DNA from: a virus
Strand: one strand, 5' to 3'
Virus record (IMG/VR): IMGVR_UViG_3300027513_000010
DNA length: 25,841 nt
Part shown: piece by piece, positions 1 to 8,961 of the stretch
Numbering within the stretch: position 1 is the stretch's first letter
Layout: every line of letters begins with the position of its first letter
Position numbers and translations under genes: made by a program
Notes under the pieces: generated by a model
Database searches by the model: none
The model's input: only the letters and a program-made list of their open reading frames with translations
What the model was told of the DNA's origin: nothing

Positions 1-2
1 AG

Positions 3-2552
3 CCGAACTACGTGCGGGTCTACAACTTCGCCAAGAGCGACTACGAGTACCGGGTTGTTTCCCGATTGTGGGTCGATCATTACGCCGAGTTGAACGGGCC
101 TGACCCGATTGAGTACGTCAGCAAGGTCACGTCAGCCGAGAACATCGTCCAGCTTCCCAATGGCACGGTGATTTACAAAGCGGTGGGTGAGGGCAAGCTC
201 TCGACCGATGCCGGGGTTCGCAAGACGGACATGTTCTTCTACATCAACAACGATGGCCGGGTGGTGAGCTTGCCTGATAGCCATGTCAAGAGTGGCTGGC
301 ATGGGGAGCAAGGCGAGTTCCTCGGGAACATGGTCGCCAACGGCAAGGTGTCCAAAGTGGCGGTCATCGATGACACGTCACCGAACGCCGCAGCCTTCAC
401 GCCGGGTCTCTCGTCAGAGAAGCCCGCCGCCCTGGTTGCCTACGACCCCGCCGAGTTTTCCCACGAGGAAGCTCTGAGCGGTCATTGGACTTCTCTGTTC
501 GGGTTCACCGTCGAAGGCATGGAACATGCTGTTCCGATCCCCGATAGCTCGCTGACTAACTTGCCCAAGCCCGCCGATGCAGTCGATGTCTCCGGTGATG
601 AAACTGCTCCCGACCCACCACCCATTACCGGTGTCCTTGGGGCGATCCATGAAACGCCCGACAAACTGCCGGTGCGGTCAATCACTGATGCCGGTTTGGA
701 AATTTTCGCCCAACGTGACGAGACCGACGCTGGTACCGGTCTTGAGTTTGCTTTCGGGGATGCCGAATACATCGAAGACATGCAAGTGCGTGCTCAGATG
801 GCGAGAGATTCAGAGACCAATAATCGGTTTGTCGAATTCCATTTCAGAATGCCGGAGGACAGGGCCGAGGTCACGTCTGACATCTTGCTCACTGCTTCCA
901 AGGACGTGACCTACGGGAAGTGGGTCGATCTTGATAACTCTCTTGCCAGTGATTTGAAAAAGGGCGATGTCATCTCCGTTCGCAAGTCGGTGATGTCCGA
1001 CCAACTCAAGCCAAGCAATGGCAATGTGCCCAATGTTCGGCTGGTTGCTGATCCGGTTCACATCGGGGAAGACGGCAAGGGCATTCCGATCTACCGACTC
1101 ACCCTGGCCGCATCCGATGGAACGACCGGGGCAATGGACGTGCAGGAACGATCCATGCCGTCGATCAGGCGCTACGAGTGGGACGCCCACGCCATTGCTA
1201 CTTCGACCCCGACCTCGACGGTCAAGCTCACCGACAAGGCAGTGGCGGCGGGGTGGCACGACAACGGCATCATTGGATTCGACAAAGACCCGTCGCTCGG
1301 GGCTATCTCGATGGACGAGACCGGCGCAAAAATCTTCTCGGGGAAGAGCATCAAAGGCGGTGCTGGCTCGGGAGCATCGAGCACGGCTGAGATGGGCAGG
1401 CGTATCGAGCGCAAGTTTGCCGATGGAAGCTACGTCCGTATGAATGCTGTTCCCTCGTCAGTCAGCGGAACATCAGCGGGCAAGGGGTCTTCATACGGGG
1501 AGATACGTCGCTGGAACGAGTCGGGCATGGTCACGATTCGGGTGCCCGAAGCTGTGGCCGAGAACCCCGATGAGTTCCAGGCCGCGGTGAGTCGGGCGAT
1601 GGAGGCAGTCGGGATTCCGCCCGAAGCGCAAGGCCCGGCCACCGATGAGCAGATCGCTCGCTTCGCCCTTGGCAAGCTCTACAAGACCCACTCCCCGCAA
1701 TTCGCCCACCGGGAGGGTGGCGTTCAAGAGTTGTCGCCCAACGATGTCGGCATGGTGAAGGTCTTCGACCGATTGAACAAAGACCTAGAAGCCACGCTCG
1801 GGCGAAAGGTCACAATTGACGATTTGGAAATCCATCTCTTGGAAGATGGCCGCTTCGTGCCGATGCTGAGTAAGGAAGTGGCGAAGGCCATCACAGCCAA
1901 GCAAGGGAACCTTTGGTACCGCCACCGGCTGTACGGCGGCGGTGACGCCACCACTGTCGCTGAGATTCTCTCTAGCCCGAATCGGGGTCTCATGGGCGCA
2001 GCCGAGCGTTTCTCGGTGGGAATTTACGCTGGCGGGCAATCCAAGGAAAGCGACATGTCCTCGGGAGCCGGGAGTCGGGTGTACCTCAGCGGCAAGACCT
2101 ACTCGGCAAAAACCGATGATGAGGGCGTGTTCATGTTCGCCGGAGACCTCATCAATCAGTCGCTCGATATATACACCTCAGCTACCACGGGTGATTCATG
2201 GGGTTATCGGCCCGTTAACAACTCATTTTTGACTCAAGGCGGCATGTTTGAATACATGCAGAAGCAGAAACTAGACCCTCGACAAGTTGCCTACATATTC
2301 GTAAGCGCAAGTCAGCGACAGGACATTCTCGCCAAACTGAAGGCCAAGGGCATCACTGAGATTGGTGGCCGGTCGGTCGAGGAAATCATTCGTAGCTCAG
2401 ACATTCCCTTCAACATGAACGACGATGCGTTTCAAAATATCGGCATGACCGAGGCAGGAAACATCGTGAAGGTCACGGACTTGTTGCCGCCGGAAGTGAA
2501 GGCGCAGCTTCCCACCATCGCCGTCAGTGGTGAGGCCGGAGCAGCGGTATGA
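3..2552 (+). CDS. 5'-truncated very large putative virion-associated protein (>846 aa) with C-terminal ADP-ribosyltransferase-like domain
   Basis: Frame is open to the window edge. C-terminal region reads WYRHRL..EIL..GLMGAAERF..G...GQS..D...G.G.RVYLS....DSWG....FEYM, resembling the H/R..aromatic-S..E layout of ART folds. Stop overlaps the next ATG (ATGA). Confidence 0.75.
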   Translation, partial: PNYVRVYNFAKSDYEYRVVSRLWVDHYAELNGPDPIEYVSKVTSAENIVQLPNGTVIYKAVGEGKLSTDAGVRKTDMFFYINNDGRVVSLPDSHVKSGWHGEQGEFLGNMVANGKVSKVAVIDDTSPNAAAFTPGLSSEKPAALVAYDPAEFSHEEALSGHWTSLFGFTVEGMEHAVPIPDSSLTNLPKPADAVDVSGDETAPDPPPITGVLGAIHETPDKLPVRSITDAGLEIFAQRDETDAGTGLEFAFGDAEYIEDMQVRAQMARDSETNNRFVEFHFRMPEDRAEVTSDILLTASKDVTYGKWVDLDNSLASDLKKGDVISVRKSVMSDQLKPSNGNVPNVRLVADPVHIGEDGKGIPIYRLTLAASDGTTGAMDVQERSMPSIRRYEWDAHAIATSTPTSTVKLTDKAVAAGWHDNGIIGFDKDPSLGAISMDETGAKIFSGKSIKGGAGSGASSTAEMGRRIERKFADGSYVRMNAVPSSVSGTSAGKGSSYGEIRRWNESGMVTIRVPEAVAENPDEFQAAVSRAMEAVGIPPEAQGPATDEQIARFALGKLYKTHSPQFAHREGGVQELSPNDVGMVKVFDRLNKDLEATLGRKVTIDDLEIHLLEDGRFVPMLSKEVAKAITAKQGNLWYRHRLYGGGDATTVAEILSSPNRGLMGAAERFSVGIYAGGQSKESDMSSGAGSRVYLSGKTYSAKTDDEGVFMFAGDLINQSLDIYTSATTGDSWGYRPVNNSFLTQGGMFEYMQKQKLDPRQVAYIFVSASQRQDILAKLKAKGITEIGGRSVEEIIRSSDIPFNMNDDAFQNIGMTEAGNIVKVTDLLPPEVKAQLPTIAVSGEAGAAV

Positions 2553-3343
2553 AGAAGTTCTTCCCCCATCATCCGGCCACGTTGGAGGCACACGGAAGCG
2601 TCGATGGAACGATCAGTTTGGAACTTCTCAAGGAATTCTCGTGGAAAGAGGAAGCAGGCAACGACTATTCCTATGCCGGAGAACGTGACCTTGGTGATGC
2701 GTACAAAGAGGTCTACCTCACAAGCATTGATGACTCGATCTATGGCTATTTCAAGGGTGAAACCAATAATGGATTCAAAATCATTGTCCGTCCTTACAGC
2801 CAATACGATCCGGTCAGAATGGGGATCAGCGCCTACCCCTGGCCGGTGTCCGTGGCGCAGGATTTCCTAGATGGAGAAAACAGCATGTCCCTGAACGCCC
2901 TCGTAGATGACAACGGTGATGTCGCCACTCTGATGCTCGACTCGCCCACGACTAGCTATCTCCGGTACACCGGGCAGTGGTTCATGCTCACCGACATCGA
3001 AGCAATCGGTGACTACGACATCGTCAGCGTGGAAGACAACGCTCTCGATCTGTACGACCCGGCTGACCAATCGGGCAAGTCCGTGAAGATCACGTCGATG
3101 CCGGTGTCTGAGGTCGATGATTTCAGAGTCCAAGTTCGGTACTCCGGCGAGAGTGAGGCTGACGCTCTCAAGCCTCTGCTCACCGAGACCATCACCGCTT
3201 CGCTCACTGTGCCGACCATCGCCTCAGTCCGAGACCTTCCAACCGCAGTCGAGTTCGCCGAGTCCCATCCCGAGTTCCAGTGGTACGTCGAGCGCCGGTC
3301 ACGAGCGCTCGGCTTGGAGATGGAGTTCCCCTGGCGTGAGTAG
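2549..3343 (+). CDS. hypothetical phage protein, acidic, with C-terminal DL..A....WYV.RR.RALG...PW helical motif
   Basis: 264-aa ORF, GGAG RBS at 2538-2541, ATGA overlap with upstream stop. The C-terminal motif resembles one recalled from actinophage head-region proteins. Confidence 0.8.
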   Translation: MKKFFPHHPATLEAHGSVDGTISLELLKEFSWKEEAGNDYSYAGERDLGDAYKEVYLTSIDDSIYGYFKGETNNGFKIIVRPYSQYDPVRMGISAYPWPVSVAQDFLDGENSMSLNALVDDNGDVATLMLDSPTTSYLRYTGQWFMLTDIEAIGDYDIVSVEDNALDLYDPADQSGKSVKITSMPVSEVDDFRVQVRYSGESEADALKPLLTETITASLTVPTIASVRDLPTAVEFAESHPEFQWYVERRSRALGLEMEFPWRE

Positions 3344-5363
3344 TCGTACCTATCCCCGGCCATCGTCCATCGATTCACTGCATCTCAATGAGGCTGCGGT
3401 GCTCGATGAGCTTGAGCTTGTCGAGTGGCACGAGACCGATGCGGCGGTGTGGGCCAGGCGTGTTTTGAAAAACGAGCGGGGCCGGACTCTAAAAGCCCTG
3501 CTTGGGGATAACCCAACGCTTCCCGAAGGGCTGATCGCGGCAGGCACCGACTCGCTGGTTATCGGGTTGACCAGGGACGGACTCATGTATGAGGACGGCC
3601 AGTGGGTCGAGAACGAAGAGATGTGGGGAGCCACCGTCCCGCTCTCGGGCGACGATGTCGCCTTCGTAGCTCGTGCCTTCTCGGAAGGCTGTGACTCGGT
3701 GCTTTTCCGTCCGGTCTTCCCCCTGGCCTGGATTACCACTGACCCCGATCCGGTGCTGGCGGCGGCGGCGATTTCAAAACTGCCGTCGAACACCAAGCTC
3801 GTCGCCATCGTGGACGAACTCGACAAGAACGCAGTCTTGGAATTGATTGCCCTGGCTCCCGGCCCCACTCTCTACCGGCGACATGACGGCAAGTGGTACG
3901 AGGACGAGCAGTGGCTCATCCCGCTCCGCTCTATCGATCCGCCGCCCATCGTCGTGCTCACCGAGGAAGGTCTCCAAGGGAGCGTCATCGAGCAAGTGGA
4001 TGAAGCGACCAAGGGAGTCGAGTTCATCCCCAAGGAAGTGAAGCAGCGGAAGATTCGCTCTTCGGCGGCTCTCGATGTCATCGAGGATCATCTCGGTAAT
4101 TTGGAAATGCAGACGCTTCTCGCCGTCATCAAATCGCCGGAAGGTCTCAAGGGAACCGAGCGGCTCCGGCTCTATTGGACGACCGGCCAAGGCGGGCTGA
4201 CGAAGATCAGATGGGGCACCCCCGGCTCATGGACTCGATGTCACCGACATCTCGTCAAGTACCTCGGGCCGAGGGCCAAGGGCTATTGCACCAATCTCTG
4301 CCAGCGGATGGGTGGGTTCGGAGTGGCTTGTCATGTCGGGACTCGGGGTAGTGCTGCTCCGCTCTTGGCCGCTACCGACGATGACCCCTACGGGGATCGA
4401 ATTTCAAAAGAGGTTCGCAGTCGGTACCCGGCGTTCCCGGCCACCAAGCGCTACAAGCTGAAGCGGAAGCCCACCGGCGATTCCCGCACTCCCTACGCCC
4501 GAGAGGATCGCAAGACCACCCGAGAGCTATCCGATGCCGAGATAGAGCAGCGTCGGGAAGCGGCTCGCAAGTCAGCCCTGGCCCGGCGCAAGGGCCAATC
4601 TGAGAGCCGGGCTTCTCAGTGGAAGACGATGAATCTTCAGCAAAAGGTCGAGCTTGCCGCTCAGTTGGAAGCGGGTGCACGGCGACGGCTGGAAGAGTTG
4701 GAGTCGAAACTGAGGGCCACCGAAGACCCGTTGCTGCGAGCCGACATTCAGGGCGAGATGGACGACATCAGGGACATGCTCGGGGCGAAGGATGAATGGC
4801 TTCGGAACGCCCGATACGACGAACTCAAGCTGGCCGATTCTCAGATCGACAAGGCCGAAGGTGAGGTTGACCGGCTCCGTGATGGCTACGACCGGAAGCT
4901 GGACGCTCTGCGCGCCTCTCGTGACCAAATCCAGGCACAGCTTTCCCTCATCAAACCCGACCCCGATGCGATTCAACGGCGGGCCGATCAGATGGCGGGA
5001 AAGGCCAGTGATTTTCAGGAAGAGGCAAACGCCCTCTTGGAAAAGGCGGCGTATGCCTCGCCGGAGAAAGCCGCTCAACTCACTGCACAGGCCAACCGGC
5101 TCAAAGACCAGGCCAGTGCGGTTTACACGAGCATGGACGAGAACCTCGATCCCACGCTCAAGCTGAGGAACCAGCTTGCCAAGGTTCGCATGGACATCAG
5201 CAATGTCACTTCTGAGAAGGCTCGGAACATCGCCAGCAAGCGATCCGTGGTTGAGAAACTCAAGGACAACCGCTCCCGGCTGGTGCAGGGGTACCGGGAT
5301 GCCAGCGAGTATCTTCGTCGCCGCCGGGGTTCAGGGCAGACCGAAGGGAGCTTCCTCGTGTGA
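3336..5363 (+). CDS. multidomain phage head-region protein with YW..G.GG..KIRWGTPG.WTRC...L.KY motif and long C-terminal coiled coil
   Basis: Start moved to GTG 3336 (GGAG at 3322-3325, overlapping the upstream gene end); the 3117 extension lies inside the previous gene. KIRWGTPG domain at ~4160-4315. The charged helical C-terminal half looks coiled-coil. Confidence 0.8.
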   Translation: MSSRTYPRPSSIDSLHLNEAAVLDELELVEWHETDAAVWARRVLKNERGRTLKALLGDNPTLPEGLIAAGTDSLVIGLTRDGLMYEDGQWVENEEMWGATVPLSGDDVAFVARAFSEGCDSVLFRPVFPLAWITTDPDPVLAAAAISKLPSNTKLVAIVDELDKNAVLELIALAPGPTLYRRHDGKWYEDEQWLIPLRSIDPPPIVVLTEEGLQGSVIEQVDEATKGVEFIPKEVKQRKIRSSAALDVIEDHLGNLEMQTLLAVIKSPEGLKGTERLRLYWTTGQGGLTKIRWGTPGSWTRCHRHLVKYLGPRAKGYCTNLCQRMGGFGVACHVGTRGSAAPLLAATDDDPYGDRISKEVRSRYPAFPATKRYKLKRKPTGDSRTPYAREDRKTTRELSDAEIEQRREAARKSALARRKGQSESRASQWKTMNLQQKVELAAQLEAGARRRLEELESKLRATEDPLLRADIQGEMDDIRDMLGAKDEWLRNARYDELKLADSQIDKAEGEVDRLRDGYDRKLDALRASRDQIQAQLSLIKPDPDAIQRRADQMAGKASDFQEEANALLEKAAYASPEKAAQLTAQANRLKDQASAVYTSMDENLDPTLKLRNQLAKVRMDISNVTSEKARNIASKRSVVEKLKDNRSRLVQGYRDASEYLRRRRGSGQTEGSFLV

Positions 5364-5797
5364 GCCAGACCCTCTATTTTGAAAAACACGAGTCGGTCAT
5401 CGTCGCCGATGGCTTCGGGTTCAAAGCTCCGAAGGATTGGGGGAAAAGAGTTAATGAGCCTGCGCCTGAAGTTCAGGATTCAAAACTCGATTTTGAAATT
5501 GACCCGACCTCGAAACTGAGTGCACTGATCCACGAGTCAGAACTCGATCTGGCTCGGATGACTGCCGAAGGCCGGGCCAAGGTTTCTGAATTGCGTGATG
5601 CGGTAGCTGACCTCGATGTAAAAGCGCTGGTCACATCGGGAGCAGGGCATTTGGAGTTGATCGAGGGACAACGCAATTTGAAAGTGACCGAGATACGCCG
5701 GATCGAAGCCGAGACCGAGACACAGATAGCCCATCAGAAAGAGAGGGTCGCGAGACTGAAGACTCTTCGATCCGAAAAGCGAAAGGAATTGCTGTGA
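5360..5797 (+). CDS. hypothetical coiled-coil protein
   Basis: 145-aa ORF with GTGA overlaps at both ends and GGGAG upstream of the start. Confidence 0.75.
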   Translation: MSQTLYFEKHESVIVADGFGFKAPKDWGKRVNEPAPEVQDSKLDFEIDPTSKLSALIHESELDLARMTAEGRAKVSELRDAVADLDVKALVTSGAGHLELIEGQRNLKVTEIRRIEAETETQIAHQKERVARLKTLRSEKRKELL

Positions 5798-6690
5798 CGT
5801 TGGAAGACGGGATTCACAACGGCCACTCCCCATTCGGGATGGTTCGTGAGGACATCAAGGCGCTGGTCGCCGCGGCCTTCCCGGTAAGACCGCCTCGGGA
5901 ATGGTTCGACAACCCGAACTTCCTGCGACTCTCACCGCTTTCGGTCGAGAACTCGGGACAGTGCCGGGGCCACATCGCCTCGTGGCGACAGTCTCATATC
6001 GGGATGAGTGGTTCGGTACGTGCCCCCAAGTCGAAGAGCAAGTACGCCTTTTTCAAAACTGGCGTGGTCGAGACTGACAAGGGCGACTTCGTGGACGTGG
6101 GACAGATCACGCTCACCGGTGGGCACGCCGACATCAACGCAACCGTGGCCGATGCGGTAGCTCACTACGACAACACCAACTCAGCGATGATGGACGTGAA
6201 TGTGGGCGAGGATCGGTTCGGGATTTGGGTAGCCGGAGCACTCCGGCCCGATGTCTCCGAGAGCCAGCTTCGCATCTTGCGTGCCTCGTCGGTCTCCGGT
6301 GACTGGCGACCGATCAACGGTGGCTTGGAGCTTGTCGCCGTCTGTGCCGTGAATGTGCCTGGCCTCCCTATCCCGAGGGCAAGGGTTGCTTCCGGTCAGA
6401 TGCTCGCTTTGGTCGCTGCCGGGGTCGAGCCGCTGGTCGATCTAGCCCTGGAAGAGATGGTCGATGCCAGCTTCCAAGAGGCCTTCGGGGAGCAGTTGGG
6501 TGAGGTCTACGAGCGGATCGTCGCCCTGGAAGAGAAGAACCCCACCATGACCGCCGCAGAGCGCCGTGAGGCCATCGCTGAGGCCATCGAGACCGTCAGT
6601 GGGGAGACAGAGAGCCGGAGGGAGTCGCTTCGCAGGAACGTCCACAGGGAGGCTGTGAGCGCCTCTCTGCGAAGCCGAGTCCATTCCTGA
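5794..6690 (+). CDS. putative capsid maturation (prohead) protease with scaffold-like C-terminal tail
   Basis: Motifs GGHA (candidate His), GEDRFGIWVAGAL, ASSVSGDW (candidate Ser) and LELVAVCAVNVPG parallel the HK97/assemblin-type protease pattern H..ED..GL....S....L..VS.V..PA. Helical charged tail follows the second ALVAA. Confidence 0.7.
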   Translation: MTLEDGIHNGHSPFGMVREDIKALVAAAFPVRPPREWFDNPNFLRLSPLSVENSGQCRGHIASWRQSHIGMSGSVRAPKSKSKYAFFKTGVVETDKGDFVDVGQITLTGGHADINATVADAVAHYDNTNSAMMDVNVGEDRFGIWVAGALRPDVSESQLRILRASSVSGDWRPINGGLELVAVCAVNVPGLPIPRARVASGQMLALVAAGVEPLVDLALEEMVDASFQEAFGEQLGEVYERIVALEEKNPTMTAAERREAIAEAIETVSGETESRRESLRRNVHREAVSASLRSRVHS

Positions 6691-6691
6691 C

Positions 6692-8803
6692 ATGTCGCTG
6701 ACCAGGGCCGAGTTGCGCCAAAGGGTTCACGGCCCTAACTCGGCCCTGGTCGCGGCTGATTGGAACCCCGACCTTCACCCTCGGGGAAGTGATGGCCGGT
6801 TTATCGAGATTGGCTGGCTCATCAACCTCATCGACATGGCCGGGTTCCGGCACGGTCAGCGGGGGAAGAAAGAAGTCCAGGGTGAGGTCATCGACATCAT
6901 CCCTGACCCCGAGAAACCGGGCGATCCGATCATCCGAGTCAAAATGACCGACCCTCGTTGGGAGGGTGACAAGTTCGGGCACACCTTCGATGCCCGCAGC
7001 TATCAGGTCTCACAGAGGGAACCGACCAAGGCCAAGATTTCAAAACCAAGTGTGCCGCCCACACCGCCACCCGACACTCCGACACCCCCAATCGTGAAGT
7101 CGAGCATGGCGGTGGGCACACCGCTCCCCCCGATGGGTAAGCCCCCTAATTGGGACTCGCTGTCCACATCGGCGAAGCATCAATGGGTCAAGGATCAGAT
7201 GGAGGCTGACCTTGCCGCCTTTCGGGGGGAGCCAACCATTTTCGATCTGGCGGGCACCGGCCCCGAGATGGAGCACGCTCTTGCCGAGCGCTATCGCTGG
7301 CTGACTCACATCGATCCCGATACCGCTCTTCGGGTCGATGCCGTTGTCACCGATCAGCAAGCGTCCACGGTGGGAGACCCGAGGGTGAAGCCCGGTGGCC
7401 CTGGTGCCATCGCTGTCGCCCATCCCGGCACCGACCACCCCGGCGGGATTGGGCCGGTAGCCGGGAAGCGAGCCATCGTGCTCGGGCAGAGCTATTTCCA
7501 AGACGACAAGCTGTGGCAAAAGACCAAGGGGATGAACTCAGGCAAGTCGATGCCTTGGAGTGTGGGCAGTGCACAGGGTGATGAGACCTCAACCCTGGTT
7601 CACGAGTTCGGCCACCAGCGACAGTTCCGGTATCTGTCGGAGACCATGCTTGAGGTCGGTCAGCCGTTTTCAAAAGTGGGGCAGTCTGATGGCTTCGGCA
7701 CCATGCCGGATAGCTCCAACTGGCCGGAGACTCAGGCGGCTCGATACGCGATTCAAAATCTGGCTCCGAGTGCTTACGGCAAGTCCAAGTCCTCGGAGGC
7801 CTATGCCGAAGTGTGGGTCGCGGTGACCACCGACTACGAGCCGGTCAGCCCCGAGCTACAGGCAGCGTGGGACACATGGCACTCCGGCATGAGCATCCCC
7901 TCTCAGATGCCTCAGACCCGCTACGACCCCGCTGAAGTCAAGCCCTATCACATGCTTAGTCCGCAGGAAAAGGACGAGTATTGGGCCGAATACGGGCCTC
8001 TCATCGAGCTTCCTGGCATGAGGGAGCATTACCCCGACACTGCCAAGCTCTATGACGCATGGGAGCCGAACATGGCCCCTACCCCGGCTGGCCCCGAGGA
8101 AGCAGTCCCGATTGATTTTGGAAAGCCGCTTCGATCCACTGTCGGAGCAACCCATCCCGGTTTTGACCAGCGGTTCAATGTCGAGGTCGATGCTTTGGAA
8201 GGACGCTTTGGCGATCTGACCAATGATGCTCTGGCCTACATCGGAACCGGTGAGGACGAGCAGGGCAGAGCATGGTTTTTGGAGGGGTTGCAGTTCCAAG
8301 CCGCCGCTTCATCCAGCCCGTTTGGTTCGATGATGGCTTCGATGGAGGCTGACGCCCTTACCGATGGCGGTGTGGAATCGATTTGGGACTTGCCCTCGAT
8401 GAAAGGCACCTTCGGTCAAGTGATTTCCACTCCCAACCGAATATTGATGATCGTGAACCCGAGACTCGACCCCGATGAGATTCCCGAGTCGGAGCTTTTT
8501 GAACACCCCGGTCTGACCGGGATGCAAGCCACCATCGTCCATGAGTACGGCCACGCCATTCATCGGAGCGTTCAGCGAAAGACGATGGCTAATCCAGATT
8601 CAGCGAGTTATCTTTTGAGTTGGACAGAGATGATGGGGGAGAACCCAATCACGACCTACGGCTCTCGGAGCATGACCGAATCCCTGGCTGAGAAGTTCGT
8701 CCGGTACTACCACGAGATGGAGGGCGGCGAAGGTTGGGAAGAGTTCATCGAAAACAGTCGAGAGATATTGGGTCTTTCCGAAGGGGTCGGAGCAGCGATA
8801 TGA
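6692..8803 (+). CDS. putative virion-associated effector: N-terminal WNPDLHPRG..GRF motif, Pro-rich linker, two tandem zincin metallopeptidase domains
   Basis: HEFGH (7601-7615) with SAY..EAYAE (7796-7810) and HEYGH (8540-8554) with TTY..ESLAE (8678-8692). This is the HExxH plus downstream E pattern of lethal-factor-like zincins seen in MuF-type phage proteins. Confidence 0.75.
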   Translation: MSLTRAELRQRVHGPNSALVAADWNPDLHPRGSDGRFIEIGWLINLIDMAGFRHGQRGKKEVQGEVIDIIPDPEKPGDPIIRVKMTDPRWEGDKFGHTFDARSYQVSQREPTKAKISKPSVPPTPPPDTPTPPIVKSSMAVGTPLPPMGKPPNWDSLSTSAKHQWVKDQMEADLAAFRGEPTIFDLAGTGPEMEHALAERYRWLTHIDPDTALRVDAVVTDQQASTVGDPRVKPGGPGAIAVAHPGTDHPGGIGPVAGKRAIVLGQSYFQDDKLWQKTKGMNSGKSMPWSVGSAQGDETSTLVHEFGHQRQFRYLSETMLEVGQPFSKVGQSDGFGTMPDSSNWPETQAARYAIQNLAPSAYGKSKSSEAYAEVWVAVTTDYEPVSPELQAAWDTWHSGMSIPSQMPQTRYDPAEVKPYHMLSPQEKDEYWAEYGPLIELPGMREHYPDTAKLYDAWEPNMAPTPAGPEEAVPIDFGKPLRSTVGATHPGFDQRFNVEVDALEGRFGDLTNDALAYIGTGEDEQGRAWFLEGLQFQAAASSSPFGSMMASMEADALTDGGVESIWDLPSMKGTFGQVISTPNRILMIVNPRLDPDEIPESELFEHPGLTGMQATIVHEYGHAIHRSVQRKTMANPDSASYLLSWTEMMGENPITTYGSRSMTESLAEKFVRYYHEMEGGEGWEEFIENSREILGLSEGVGAAI

Positions 8804-8961
8804 CACAGCAAGAAAACCCCCAGGACAAGTACCGGCTCTACGGCATCGACAAGAATGGCGACCGGCATGACCTTGGTGTGTTCTCCGATGCCGAGTACGC
8901 CGGAGTGTGGGACTTGTTCGATGAGCTTTATGAGAGTGTTGAAACCGTGGTGCTGACATGA
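8800..8961 (+). CDS. small acidic protein (53 aa), candidate partner/immunity protein
   Basis: ATG 8800 overlaps the upstream stop, with GGAG at 8789-8792; its own stop overlaps the next ATG. Confidence 0.7.
   Translation: MTQQENPQDKYRLYGIDKNGDRHDLGVFSDAEYAGVWDLFDELYESVETVVLT

Noticed and set aside
3117-3335. N-terminal extension of the 748-aa ORF
   Set aside because: It lies within the upstream gene and is Ser/Pro-rich shadow sequence; GTG 3336 has an RBS.
7050-7150. C-rich repetitive stretch
   Set aside because: Encodes a Pro/Thr linker.
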